From the human T2T-CHM13v2.0 reference genome, Homo sapiens, in assembly GCF_009914755.1 (NCBI RefSeq), contig NC_060932.1: a DNA stretch of 64,000 nucleotides. One strand, given 5' to 3'. This document shows positions 32,530 to 50,475 of the stretch, one piece after another (positions within the stretch are counted from its first letter, which is position 1; every line of letters starts with the position of its first letter). A model generated the notes under the pieces. That model had not been told where the DNA came from. It saw only the letters and a program-made list of their open reading frames with translations, and did no database searches. The translations under genes were made by a program, and so were the position numbers.

Positions 32530-32950
32530 TAGCAGAATATTTGCTGTATTTGGAAGAAAGCAAATGTGGAATTAGAAGTTCTGGGAGTGCTGGCTCTCTT
32601 AACAAGCTGTGAAAACTTGCACAAATTAATTAACCTCACTGAGCCTCAGTTTGCTTACCTGTATATTGGAGCTAGTAACATATTGTCTAATTCATATGAT
32701 TCTTGTGATAATCAAAATTGAAATGAAATAATGCATGTGAAAATGTATTGCAAATTGTAAAGAATGCAAGTGTAGCATGCTATCATAATTAGGTAGTTAA
32801 AAGCTAGAAAAGAATAAAGAGGTACTTGAAATGCTAGCTTCATGATGGCAAGTGCATTATTTTATTCACTGATATATCCGCAGAGCCTACAATGCAGACA
32901 GGCAAATTGGGAAGCGCTCAATAAATTACTGTTGAATGAAAAAAATAAAT
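32530..32950 (+). mobile_element. MIR (about 32530-32780) and short L2 3' end (about 32850-32950)
   Basis: gctgtgaaaacttgcacaaattaattaacctcactgagcctcagtttgcttacctgta; ttattcactgatatatcc.cagagccta.aa...gcgctcaataaattactgttgaatgaa. Confidence 0.75.
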
Positions 32951-33340
32951 TACTGTCTTGTTTCTTTTTGAAAGACTTAGAAACATTCTTCGTTTGCTTT
33001 TGGAATTCGTTTCTGAAACACCATGCCTATGCTAAGAATACAAAACCATTCAAAGCTCCTGTTTTCTCAGTAAAATGGGAATGTTATCTTACCTTTCATC
33101 ACCAAGGGAGGGAAAAATACATTGTCTTATTTGATCTCTCTTCCAATAATTAAATGTTGAAAAGAAAAAGTGTACGTGTATGTATTCATATACACATCAA
33201 GGTCAATAAAATTTGAATAAAAATTCGAAATTTCGATCTTTTGTATCAATACTACATTGTCTATGAAGTTTAGCTCACTAACAAAATGGGCAATTGCCAA
33301 TGGCCTCATTATTTGTTAAACGGGTAAAGTGTTGGCACAG

Positions 33341-33342
<2 letters not shown>

Positions 33343-33371
<29 letters not shown>
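33343..33371. repeat. (CA)n microsatellite
   Basis: Directly visible. Confidence 0.95.
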
Positions 33372-33373
<2 letters not shown>

Positions 33374-36300
33374 AGTTCTGGTCTTTAGTTTAAAATGTGA
33401 CCTTACAGTAATGACTAGAAAAACAATTCAGTTTTAGGACTGGAAATGTCAAAGCACTCTATCAGCCTTTGGATGGTTTTTCTATTTCTTACTGTCTCTC
33501 AGAAATAAAAATTCATTGCTACGAAGTAGCTGTTTCTTTATAATGGCAACTAAGTTTGTGGAGTACTAGTTATCCAGCAACAAAATGTATCAGACAGTAT
33601 CACATAAAATTTTTTGACAATTATTATTAGAACTAAACTGAATTTTATATTTATGCTTACAATAGAGAAAGGGTTTCCCAAATAATTCATGGTATACATA
33701 AGTATGCTGGAAACATATTTAAAACACTTCGAAGAAATAATTGTTTTCAAGGTCCCTCTGGCACCTGAGAAGTACTATTTATAAGCAATTATTTGACACA
33801 CTACTTATAAGTCATCCTTATGTGTGTGGAAAAAAAACAAACAAACCAAAAAACGGGTGCCTAAAGACCTCTATTAGAAAACGATTTGCCATTCTATTTC
33901 CATCCACTGTATGTATTTGAAAGATATTAAACTGCCTTAAAAGTATATTAAAATTCAGTTTTTTTCTTTATTTTCTACATACTCAAACTAGAATCTCTTC
34001 CCCCACGACTCCCCAAAGACACACAAACATGTTCATATGCATTTGCTCTGCAATAGTGAGGTTTTCCTGTATTTTATTTTGTCATTCAGAGAAGAGAACT
34101 GTGTCGGTTGACTTTATTTGTCCTAAAGAGTAAGCGCAGGATCCCCTTTGCCGGCATCAGCACCTCCTCTTTATCCTTCTTACGCCACGTCTCCAGCTCT
34201 AGGCCTTATGAGAGGCTCCCACAGGCTCCACCTTGTATCCCTGGAAGAATAATGCTTCCCTGTCTCTCACCCAGGTCTTGGCAAAAAGCAGAGATCACTG
34301 CGGCCAATTTTCCCTGGGGAATGGTCTGAATTACTTACCCACTTGAGTGATGGTCTTGGCAAAATGACTAATTGATGGCACTGCCTGGTGTTTATTATTC
34401 TAATAGTCCTGAAGAAAGGCTGGATGATTCTCCATTAACCCACAATGAAACTCCAGGGGAGCATTTCCACAGCACTTCAGAACTTGTTAAACTAAAAGTA
34501 ATTGGGCATATAAATTTGGAGGGTCTTATTTGTTCTGCCAGCAGTAAGTGGAAGAAAAGAATGGCCATATTTACCCTATTTAAATATTCCATTCAAAGAA
34601 AATATGCTGAAAGGACACTGACTATCCAGGGTCCTGAGAGACAGATCTTGGAAAGACACCACAGAGCAAACGTGAGCCATTATACCACTCTCATTGGAGC
34701 ACATATGGTCACATATGACTGCTCTAGCATTTGTGCCTTTATTTGTAGTAGCAGATGAAACAACAAATGCATCCAGTCGGGAAAATACTATGCTGGTTCA
34801 CGTTTAGCATGACTTTCCACACTCTACCTTTGGCCCATGAATATTGACAACATGGTGCACACTGGGAGAGGAGAACTGGGGAGCAAACATTACAAACGCA
34901 GGCACAGGATTTTTATGTTAATATAGAAGAACAGTCCAGGATCTTGGTGGAATAGGAGGGTATGAGTGTTAGCAAGATAAGCAGCAGAGAGAGCCTTAGA
35001 GAGGGAACCCACAAAGCTGAAGGGAGAGAGCAAGGAAAATTGAGAGACATGGAGGGGAGCTAGGCATTGGCAACAGTTTGCTGTGATTTCATCCAGATTA
35101 AAATTTGCCGAATAGTGGTGGTATTATTGCTTTTGCATTTTTATTAGATCCACAGCTTGAGTTTGTCTCTCACCTGGGAGTGCTTTAAATAACTGTGACC
35201 TTCCATGACACAATTCTTCTTTGCATAGGCTTTCCCTTCCCTCCCTGAGATAAGGAAGAAACACATTAAAAGCCACCCAGTAGAGGAGTTACATGGGTGC
35301 AGAATGGCTCGAGCAATTGGAACACCGATAAGATTAACAAACGTCTAGGTTGGTCTCATTCTCCAGAAGTCATTGTAAGTGAACCAAAGTAGTAGTGGGC
35401 ATCTCATGTGATGAAACTCACATTTTGTAGTAGATACTTATACTTCATATTAAATCTCCAAACAATATCATGCAGATACATATCAAAAGCACCTTGCTGC
35501 ATACCTGTCAGGTGCTTCTCACCTCCAGCTCAGGAGCCTCCCTGTTGGTGCTGAAGCATGACATGCACAAGACTGCTAGGCACCCATGCAAGTGCAATCA
35601 GGAGGCATGGAGGAATTACTATCCCATGGGACAAACCAATGGGAAACAGGATCCATAATTTTTTCTCCCATTGTTCTTTAATGGACTGTTCAATGACTCA
35701 AGTACATGGAGGACAACTATGGGGGGTATGAGTATGGGGGACAAAAACTGTATAAAAAATGAACTGGATTATTGTAACAGAACACTGTAGGGGATTAGAA
35801 GGTGGTTCGTGTCTTCTTTTTTATAAAGTATAGCATTTTACAAACACTTATTAGTATAACTTCCCAGAAGATAGTCCCAAGAGATCTACTATGTTTGATT
35901 TGATACCAAGTGGTGGCCAGCTTGATAGCACACCTTGTTACTGAACCTTCTCCATTCTCTGCTTCATTTCCCTTTTTCTTCACTCTTGTGGCCCAGGATT
36001 TCACTCGGTGATAAATTGGTAACATATAAATCTCTGCCTGGGGCTCTGCCTCACTGAGTCACAGGGACACCTTCATTTACAGTACCGACATGAATCTACT
36101 AGAAAATGGCCAGGAAATCATCTTACCATGTTTAATGCTGACTTAAGTACTTGGATTACAACTGTGGATGGTAGGAAATACAAGGGATAGAAGCTGTATT
36201 TACTGCAAAAAAAAAAAAAAATGGAGGTAGTAGCATGACTGAGTCATTGTAGCACAGCCTGGCAGGGAATTCCAGCTAATTCACACTTTCCTGTTATGAA

Positions 36301-36689
36301 ATGCATATTTTAGGAATTATCTTAAGTTTTGTTCTTAGAGTTTAGATCATTGGTAATGTACATGTGTTTTTTGGTTTAGAAAATTAGAAAGGGTCTACAA
36401 TAAACAGGACATTAGAGGCCAATGTCTAAAATAACCCAAAGCCAGAATATTTACTGCAGAAAGATAATAACTATCTCAGCTCTTGTATGTACTGAGAATA
36501 AAATGAGAAAACTCGTGCAAATTATGAGAAAGTAGTAGTGGGCATCTCAGGTGATGAAACTCAAATTTTGAGTAGATACTTATACTTTCACACTAACTTA
36601 ATGTGCAAGTATAAGTATCAGCTACAAATGAAGTTATAGAACTTTCATAATAATTTTATGAAATCGTTCCTCAGCATATTTGGAATTTT

Positions 36690-37442
36690 GTATTTTTGTT
36701 TTTAATTTCAATTTTTAATTGTTAATTGATAAAACTGTGTATATTTATGGGTGACAAAATGATGCCATAATTTATTAATATGTGTGATAATTAAATCAAC
36801 CTAATTAACATTCATCACCTCAAATAGTTATCATTTTGTTGTGGTGACAACATTTGAAATACACTCGGCAATTTTGAAGTGTACAATATATTATTATGTT
36901 CACCACACTGCAATATGTCTCAAAGAAAAATATTTTATTCCTCCCATCTAATTGAGGCTTTGTATCCTTCAACCATCATCTCCCTGTTCCCCAATCTCCA
37001 CCTCCAGCCTCTGGTAGCCACCATTCTGCTCTTGCTTCTTTGACTTGGACTGCTTTTGATTCCACAAATAAGTGATAACCAGTAGTGTTTGACTTTTGGT
37101 ACCTGGCTTATTTCACCTAGCAATATAGTCTCCAATTTCATGCATGTTTTTGCAAATGACAAAATTTATTTCTTTTTACGGCTGAACAGTGTTCCATTGT
37201 GTATATATACCACATTTTCTTTATTCATTCATATGTTGATGGACACTTTGGTTGATTCCATATGTTGATATTGTGATTGGTGCTGCAATAAGCATGAGAG
37301 TACAGCCATCTCTTTGACATACTGACTTTGAATATTTTGGGTGGATACCCCAAAGTGAGATTGCTGTATCACATATTAATTCTACTTTTAGTTTTTTGAG
37401 GAAACTCCAAAATTTTTGCATAAGAGCTGTACTAATTTACAA
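36690..37442 (-). mobile_element. 5'-truncated L1MA 3' end
   Basis: T-rich tail, then acatttgaaatacactc.gcaattttgaagtgtacaata; cctggcttatttcacctagcaatat; ttttgaggaaactcca...ctgtactaatttaca. Confidence 0.9.
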
Positions 37443-39117
37443 TCAATGTGCATTCAGTACAGCAGTATCCAAGGCTTCCCTTTATTCCACATTACTTTTT
37501 GCTTTTTCAGAGCCCATTTATTTTATAAATTGGTGGTTATGTATTGTGCTATTTTGTGATCATTTCAAAAACTTCAGTTGACCTCATTAAAGGTATTATG
37601 CACATATTTGATACTTTGGAGAACACATATTCTGGGACCCTAAAATTGTACACTGGAGAGAATTTTATGTTAATCTCTAAGGGACATTCATCCAAATCTG
37701 ACTCTGGATTGACAGCAAAGTCAGCTTGAAAGTCTTATATGAATGGTTCACGTTTTGAGGGCTAGAGTCTTTTGTATAAAGGCAAATATTGCTAGGTGAA
37801 TAATCATTTCCTGTGAACAATGGTTCCATGGCTTTTGGGTACAGAGATTTTCAGAAATAAAGATCGACATGGAAGTTTTGGTTTTTGAACATTTACATTG
37901 TTCTAGAGTCAAATACTGTTTAAAAAGGTGACATACTGCTGGAAGCAATTCAACTACTTGAAGATATAATGTGTCTGAAGATGTGGTTACACATTCATCT
38001 TGCATTAAATTAATATATCTTATCTAGGAAGTGGTTTCAGATTTTAGATTTGACCCTACTGGTCAGAAATGTACTTTTTATTTTCCAAAATCTATCAGAA
38101 GTTATCATTTGAAAAACAGATGTTGGAAGCTTATTTTAAGATATTGGGGTCTTATTGAGAGAGAATGGTATCAAGGACTATTTTCAAAATATTAATACTT
38201 GGGAGATCAAGTATTCTTAACTGGAGCATGTCAGGATAGTATTTGCTCAAATTTACATTTGAGGTTGTTTTCTTAGCCACTGAGTACTTAAGAAATACCT
38301 GAATATGTCTCAGATGACTTCCTTGGGGGAGGATGGAGAGGCTAAAGAGAAGTGGAACATAAAATACTGGACACATCCAATAAATTCCAGGAAGTATTGA
38401 GTTTTCCTAAAGTATCTGTGAGTTATTCATTCAATCAATACCAAGATTACTTTAGTGTATATTATCTGTAGAAGATGACAGATAAGTCAACACTGGCTGA
38501 TGAATTTTACATCTTCAAACGTTAATATTAAAATAATTTGCCTTGCTGTGACATCGGTGCATCCCCTCAATAGAATTCACCTACCTTCTAAGTATCTCTC
38601 TTTTGTAAATATTCTCCACTGGATCTTAACTTACATGAGGGCAGTGACCACGTGTATCTTGCATAAAACTATATGTTGGAAATGAGTTATCAACAAAAGT
38701 TACGGAAAAAATAAATGAATGAACTAAAATAATTTGGTATCCCCATGATGATTTTCTTAAAATTGGACCATTAGAGAAATACAGTCTCATCCAGATAAAG
38801 AGTAGCTCTTTGTTCTTCAGTTTCCCCATTTTTGTCATTCACCAAATATTTGCTGAGGTTTTTTGTTCTTGTTGTCTACATGATGTCATGCAATGTACTA
38901 GGGATTTTGCAGGAAAGCAAAAATAACACAAAACAAACATCAAAAACTTTTTCCTTACCTCCAACATTAATTTTAGATAATATAATATCTGCATCAAAAA
39001 ACTTGAAATAAATATGAAAGAAATCCTAATGAATTTACGTATAACAAGATTTGGAATGTGCATTCACATATCATCTTCCTAAATCTTGAACACATTAATT
39101 ACTTTTAAAAAGGAGAA

Positions 39118-39922
<805 letters not shown>

Positions 39923-40239
39923 GGAGAAAGCCAAGTATCCCCAAAATATATTCTGAATGTCCTCTAAGATAATAGAAGGCCCCATTTTTAGTGGATTACA
40001 TGGCTATTCAAAATAAAAGCTGCACTCTCGCTTGCTACTAATATATATTGCTCTGGAAAATAGAATTTAAATATAAGCAATGTGGACAGCTCTCAGTGTA
40101 TTCTAGAAAGAAAGGACCACATCCTCCTCTTCACCTGTTTCCTTTTCCTTCTGTCTGGAAGATGATGTGTTTTTGAGCCCTCTTGAATGATGTGAAAAAA
40201 GGCAATAATCTATGGGTAGTGGAGCCACAAGATAAAATA

Positions 40240-42965
<2,726 letters not shown>

Positions 42966-43486
42966 ATTGTGATAATTACAGTAAGATCATAGAGAAAAGA
43001 TCATAAATAATTCTGTTGGGAAATTAAGAAAGGATTTCTGGATGAGGACCTATGCTTAGCTTAGTATAACCAGCCCAGTATTTTTTAGAAAACCACAGCT
43101 GAGCCACCAGATTTCTTAAAGTTATATACATATAGGTAAGCAAAAGTTTATCTCCTACTTTTAATGTGTCTATCAGAAGGAAAAGGACAAAAAATGGCTG
43201 CAGATCCCCAAGTCAGTTGAGCTTATGGGAACTGTTTCATTTCCTTCCTTTTTCAGATCTGAGGATACTTTGTGAGACAATACGTCACTGGTACATGTGA
43301 GGCTCCAGTAGTGGCAGAGATTTAGCCTGTTGCTGGAAAACTCAATGAGGCAAGAGGAGAGAAACTTCACCCCATTGGGAAAGGCTCAAATACTTAAGAA
43401 CATACAGAAATCTCTACATATGACTAGATTTCTTTAGGTCATCCTGTTCAAGATTTTAAAAATGTGTCAGAAATGTTAAAAATAAA

Positions 43487-43517
<31 letters not shown>

Positions 43518-43525
43518 AGTGTAAC

Positions 43526-44386
43526 TGAAATAAGTTTGATATGTGTCCCACCCAAATCTCATCTTGAATTGTAATCCCCAGTATAGGAGGTGGGGCCCAG
43601 TAAGAGGGAATTGAATCATGGGGTGGATTTCTCATGAGTGGGGCCCAGTAAGAGGGAATTGAATCATGGGGTGGATTTCTCATGAGTGGGGCCCAGTAAG
43701 AGGGAATTGAATCATGGGGTGGATTTCTCATGAGTGGGGCCCAGTAAGAGGGAATTGAATCATGGGGTGGATTTCTCATGAGTGGGGCCCAGTAAGAGGG
43801 AATTGAATCATGGGGTGGATTTCTCATGAGTGGGGCCCAGTAAGAGGGAATTGAATCATGGGGTGGATTTCTCATGAGTGGGGCCCAGTAAGAGGGAACT
43901 GAATCATGGGGTGGATTTCTCATGAGTGGGGCCCAGTAAGAGGGAACTGAATCATGGGGTGGATTTCTCATGAGTGGGGCCCAGTAAGAGGGAATTGAAT
44001 CATGGGGTGGATTTCTCATGAGTGGGGCCCAGTAAGAGGGAACTGAATCATGGGGTGGATTTCTCATGAGTGGGGCCCAGTAAGAGGGAATTGAATCATG
44101 GGGTGGATTTCTCATGAGTGGTTTAGCACCATCCCCTTGATGCTGTACTCATGATGTGAGTGATTTCTCATTGGATCTGGTTGTTTTAAAGTGTATGGCA
44201 CTTACCCCCTCTCATTCCTGCTTTTCCTTCTGATGTGCCTGCTGTACCTTTGCATTCAGCCCCAGAAGCTGCTGCCACCATGCTTCCTGTACAGCTTGCA
44301 GAACTGTGAGCCAATTAAACCTCTTTTCTTATAAATTACCTGGTCTCAGGTATTTCTTTATAGCAGTGCAAGAATGGCCCAATACA
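43526..44386 (+). mobile_element. MST-type MaLR solo LTR containing an expanded VNTR
   Basis: tgaaataagtttgatatgtgtcccacccaaatctcatcttgaattgtaatcccca...gtgagccaattaaacctcttttc...aataca; 5-bp TSD gtaac (43521-43525) / gtaat (44387-44391). Confidence 0.92.
43590..44121. repeat. Minisatellite, 11 x 48 bp (ggggcccagtaagagggaa[t/c]tgaatcatggggtggatttctcatgagt)
   Basis: Head-to-tail units with no spacers, identical except one T/C site (C in units 7, 8 and 10 from the left). Confidence 0.98.
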
Positions 44387-44987
44387 GTAATTAATAAGTA
44401 ATATTTTATAAAAAAATACATTATATCTGGACTTCAGGCAATAAATTTTGTCTATATGTCCTCTTTTGTTTATCTCTACCACTCCTCAATTTCTCTTTTA
44501 TTAGCAATGATTTCACCTCACTAGTTCTTCCCTGTTTCTTTCCAAAATCTCTGTCACTTTCATCGTCATGCTGTTATATTCCTTCAGCTAGTCCCTGTCA
44601 CCTAGCAAGGTTTAACAAAATGAAAATCTATTCATTTTATCACAACTTTCCCACTTGGGATTTATTGATGTAGTTTGTCAACTTGATACTTGTTTCTTTC
44701 TGAGTAACCAATTGCTTCCTTCCTATAGGCTTAGAAATTTTTTTTCTTTACAACAGAATTTTAAAATTTCACTAAGCCATATTTTAGTATTTATAAAGCC
44801 ACTTCCATGGGTAGTTTTTTAAATATTGTTTATCAAATATTTATTTCTTCTTAGATTATTTGACATAGATCTTTAGCAATGTGACTTTGGCCAATAAGGT
44901 GTGAAATAATCTAATAAGTGTCATTTTCTGGTGAAAGCCCTAATAATCTGTTTCTTTTTCCTGCTTTGTGGATCAATAGAGTGCAGA

Positions 44988-45646
44988 CAATTCACAACTG
45001 CAAAATCGTGGTACCAACCCAAGTGCCCATCAATCGATGAGTGGATAAAGAAACTGTGGCGCATATATATATATATATAAAATATATATATCACAAATAA
45101 ATATCATATGATATATATAATATATATTACATATAATGTGTATATGTATATAATGTACACATACACAATGCATTACATATACATTATATACAAATACATT
45201 ATATATGATGTATTTGTATATAATGTATATAATATATGATATATATGATATATATATCATATATATATAATGGGATACTACTTAGCCATATAAAGGAATG
45301 AATTAATAGCATTTGCGGTGAACTGGATGCTGAGATTGGAGGCTATTATTCTAAGTCAAGTAACTCAGGAATGGAAAGCCAAACTCCTATGTTCTCACTG
45401 ATATGTGGGAGCTAAGCTATGAGGACGCAAAGGCATAAGAATAATACAATGGACTTTGTGGACTTGGGGGGAAGAATGGGAGGTAGGACGAAGGATAAAA
45501 GACAACACATATGGTGCAGTGTATACTGCTCAGATGATGGGTGCACCAGGATCTCAAAAATCACCACTAAAGAACTTAGTCATGTAACCAAATACCACCT
45601 GTACCCCAATAATTTATGGAAAAATAAAATAATAAAATAAACAAAA
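44988..45646 (+). mobile_element. L1PB1-like 3' end with internal (TA)n expansion (about 45063-45270), inserted in a probable old MLT1 LTR
   Basis: gggagctaagctatgaggacgcaaaggcataagaat...atcaccactaaagaactt..tcatgtaaccaaataccacctgt; TSD agagtgcaga at 44978-44987 and 45646-45655. Confidence 0.92.
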
Positions 45647-46738
45647 GAGTGCAGAGAGGGAGTCTCCAGCAGTTAGATCCACGAATGAGGATAACATAGA
45701 ACAGAGTCCTCCACCACATGTACTGTATATAGCATGAGCAGGAAGTGATCCTTCACTGTTTTAACCCTCTGAATTTGGGGATCTGTGTTTTACATAAATG
45801 TAACTAGTCTATCCTCAGTAACAGGAATGATAGAATTTTGAATGTTTTTAAGCACTGTGGATTAAAATTTTTTTAAAAAATCCCAAGTAAGCCAAAAGCA
45901 AAACAAAATAAAAAACTTGAATCCTATTTCCAGCTCAGCCAAATTTTCTTTTATCTTATTTTTATTACTGTTTTTACTCTTAATAGTTCTTCCCCCACAG
46001 CAAAATCTAATTCTTAAATGGAGTCTCCAACCACTTATCTTAAAATTCATGTTTCTTTTATTGTTTTCATTTGTTTCTGCTTTCTCCCTGAATTATGATG
46101 TCATTTCTCAAGCTTGTCCTGCACTTATTTGTTTTATTATCAATTACAATTAATTTAACGGTTTTCTCCTAATTTACATAAGTGAGTTTTTCCCCCTAGG
46201 GCAGATAATTGGGATATAATTTTTAGGAGTTAACTATAAATGAACTACTGATATTTATAGATATTGTCAGAATGCCTTCCTGAATCTATATCAATTGATA
46301 ACTCTTCTCAACATTTATAAGTACCAATTCTCCACATCTTTAATAACTTCAGACATAATACTTTTTCAGTTTAGTCAAACCGGTGGTAAAGATATTCCAT
46401 GATTGTATATATTTTCTCTCTCTGATGTTAGTTAATACTTACATTTGTATGGTGTTTCACAATATCCTAGTTAGCCCTGTTTGCTATGATTTTTTTGTAC
46501 CACTTTTCCTGTATATAAAGATTTTCTGTGACAGGCATGAGAATTAAGTTGATTCAGTGAACGTCTACCAATCCAAAACTATTTCTTGCTTTGTTGGATC
46601 TTGTGAACTCTTGTGTCTTGGTGGAAGTAGCAGTCTGATGTTAATGATTATGAGACACACAAGAAGAGAGAAGAAATAGATGTGGCTTTGCTCAGAAAAT
46701 TTTCCCAGATATCTGGGAAGTCAAATGCCTAATTTTAA

Positions 46739-47115
<377 letters not shown>

Positions 47116-47791
47116 TAGCCTATTATTTTCATAGAAATATACAGTGTTCTAGTTTAGAAATAGGATTGAGTGTAGTATAAACCTAAAAGTACTAACAGTT
47201 GGTGGAAATTTGTCTGGACTTCACTTTATGAATTTTCCTCATGGCTAATTTATAATTTTGTTCAATTCCATTTTTCAGCATTTCTTGAGTATTTTAATAG
47301 AACATTTGGAGGTTTAACATCAAATAAGTGAGTTGGTTAGTTATTAGTTCAAAAATTCTATTTCATCTGTTTTTCTCAGTAAGTCCCAGAACCTTTGTAA
47401 TGATACACAACTGCAAACTGACGCTTTCAAAATGCCATACCAAATATTCCAGAAGAGGAGAAAAATTACAAATAGAACTAATTTAAAAGTTTTTAATATT
47501 TTATTTTTTCTACTTATACTGACTTATTAAAAAATAAAATTGTAGATAATTATGGTGTATTACATGATATTTTGATATATGTATTCATTGCGAAATGATG
47601 ATCACAGTCAAGCTAATTGACACATCCATCATCTCACATAGTTATCTTTTGTGTGTGTGTGTGTGTATGTGGTGAAAACATTTAAGATCAAGCTCTTGGC
47701 AGATTTCAAGTGTACAATACTACTGTATTAACTATAATGACCATGCTGTAGATCGTGAGATCTACGGAACTAGTTCATCCTGCAGAGCTGA

Positions 47792-48200
<409 letters not shown>

Positions 48201-49860
48201 GAGTTTGATTTTTATAGATTCCATAGATAGGTGAGATCATGGAGTATTTGCCTTTCTGTACTCAGCTTATTTCACTAGCATAATTTCTTCCAGATTCATC
48301 CATGTTGTCACAAATGACAAGATTTTCTTCCTTTCTAAGGATGAACACTATCTTATATATATGTACATATGTATATATGTGTCCATAGGTGTGTGTATAT
48401 ATATCTATGTATATATGTGACACTTTATCCTTTCATCCAACAGTGGACACTTACATTGATTCTGTATGTCAGCTATTGTGAATAATGCTGCAACGAACAT
48501 GGAAGTGCAGATATCTCTTTAATAACTGATCTCATTTTTTCAGATATATACCAAAGAGTGGGACTGCTGAATCGAATAGCAATTTCATCTTAAAATTTTT
48601 GAGAAAACTCCACTGTTTTTCATAATGGCCATACCGATTTACATTCCAAACAAAAGTGTGCAAGAGTTCCCTTTTCTCCACATCCCCCACAATACTTTCT
48701 AACTTTTGATGTTTTGATAATATACATTCTAACGGGTGTGAGGTGATATATCATTGTGATTTTGATTTGCATATTCCTGATGATTAATGATGCTGAGTAG
48801 TTTTTTATACACCTGTTAGCAATTTGTACTTCTTCTTTAGACAAATGTCTATTCAGATCATTTGCCCATTTTAAATTCAGTTATTCATTTTTTGGTTATT
48901 GAGTTGTTTGAGTTATTTATATTTTTGGATATTAACCCCTTATCAGATACATGGTTAACAAATATTTCCTCTCATTCTGTAGGTTGTCTCTTTGCTCTGT
49001 TGATTCTTTTCCTTTCCTGTGCAAAAACGTTTTAGTTTGATGGAGTTTCATTTGTCTATTTTCGCATTTGTTGCCTATGCTTTTGGAATCATATCAAAAA
49101 TTAGTTGCCTAAACCAATTTCAAGGAGCATTTTCCCTTGACACTAGTTTTACAGTGTCAGGTCTTAAATTTAATAATTTAATCTATTTTGAATTAATTTT
49201 GGTATATGGCATAGGATAAGAGCTTGATTTCATTTTCCTACATGTGGATATCCAGTTTTCCCAACACCATTTGTGGAGCAGATTGTCTTCCCCAGTGCAG
49301 GTTTTTGGCAACTTTGTCAAATATCTGTTGACCATAAGTGTGTGAGTTTATTTCTGGGCTCTCTGTTATGTTTATAGGCCTATTTGTCTGTTTTTAAAAG
49401 TACCCTACCTTTTTTTATTGCCATAGCTTTGTAATACATATTAAAATCAGGTACTGTGATACCTACAATTTTGTTCTTTCTACTCCAGATTGCTTTAGCT
49501 TTGGAAGGTGTTGGGTAGTTGTACAAAATCTGTAGGATTCTGTAAATATTTTGGGGAAAATGTTAATGTAATTTTGATAGTGATTGCATTGAATATATAC
49601 ATGGCTTTAGGTAGTAATATTACAATATTAATTCTCCTAATACATCAACATTGTATATCTTTCCATTTATTTATGTCTTCTTTAATTTTTCATCAATATC
49701 TTATAGTTTTCAATATCTGAGTCTTTCAGCTCCTTGGTTAAATTTATTCCTAAGTATTTTATTCTTTTCATGGTACTGTAAATAGAATTTTCTTAATTTT
49801 TTTGGATAATTCCTCGTTAGTGTACAGAAACACAACTATTTTTTACAAGTGGATTTTCTA

Positions 49861-50175
<315 letters not shown>

Positions 50176-50475
50176 AAGAAAAAAGAAAAGAAAAGAAAAG
50201 AAAAGAAAAGAAAAGAAAAGAAAAGAAAAGAAAAGAAAAGAAAATGAAAGGAAAGAAGAGAAGAAAGAGAAGAGAAGAGAAAAGAAAGGAAAGGAAAAAA
50301 GAAAGGAGGGAGGGAGGGACGGAAGGAAAGAAAGAAAAAGAAAGAAAGAAAGAGAGAAAGAGAGAGAGAAAGAGAGAAAGAAAGAGGAAAAGGAAAAGGG
50401 AAAGGGAAGAAGGAAGGAAGGAGAAGAAATAAAGAAAGAAAAGAAAAAGAGAAAGAAAAAGAAAGAAAGAAAGAA
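50176..50475 (+). repeat. ~300-bp polypurine tract: (AAAAG)n, then mixed GAAA/GGAA/GAGA
   Basis: Directly visible; derived from the Alu poly(A) tail. Confidence 0.96.

Noticed and set aside
35408-35480. C/D-box snoRNA suggested by gtgatga in the duplicated segment
   Set aside because: No CTGA box D with a terminal stem at a suitable distance in either copy.
43590-44121. CRISPR-like appearance of the regular repeat array
   Set aside because: Units are head-to-tail with no unique spacers, derive from LTR sequence, and there are no cas genes; the DNA is primate.
46702-46719. Perfect 18-bp palindrome ttcccagatatctgggaa (and 16-bp cagcttcatgaagctg near 16340)
   Set aside because: A perfect palindrome with 8-9-bp arms is roughly expected by chance in 64 kb; no supporting context.
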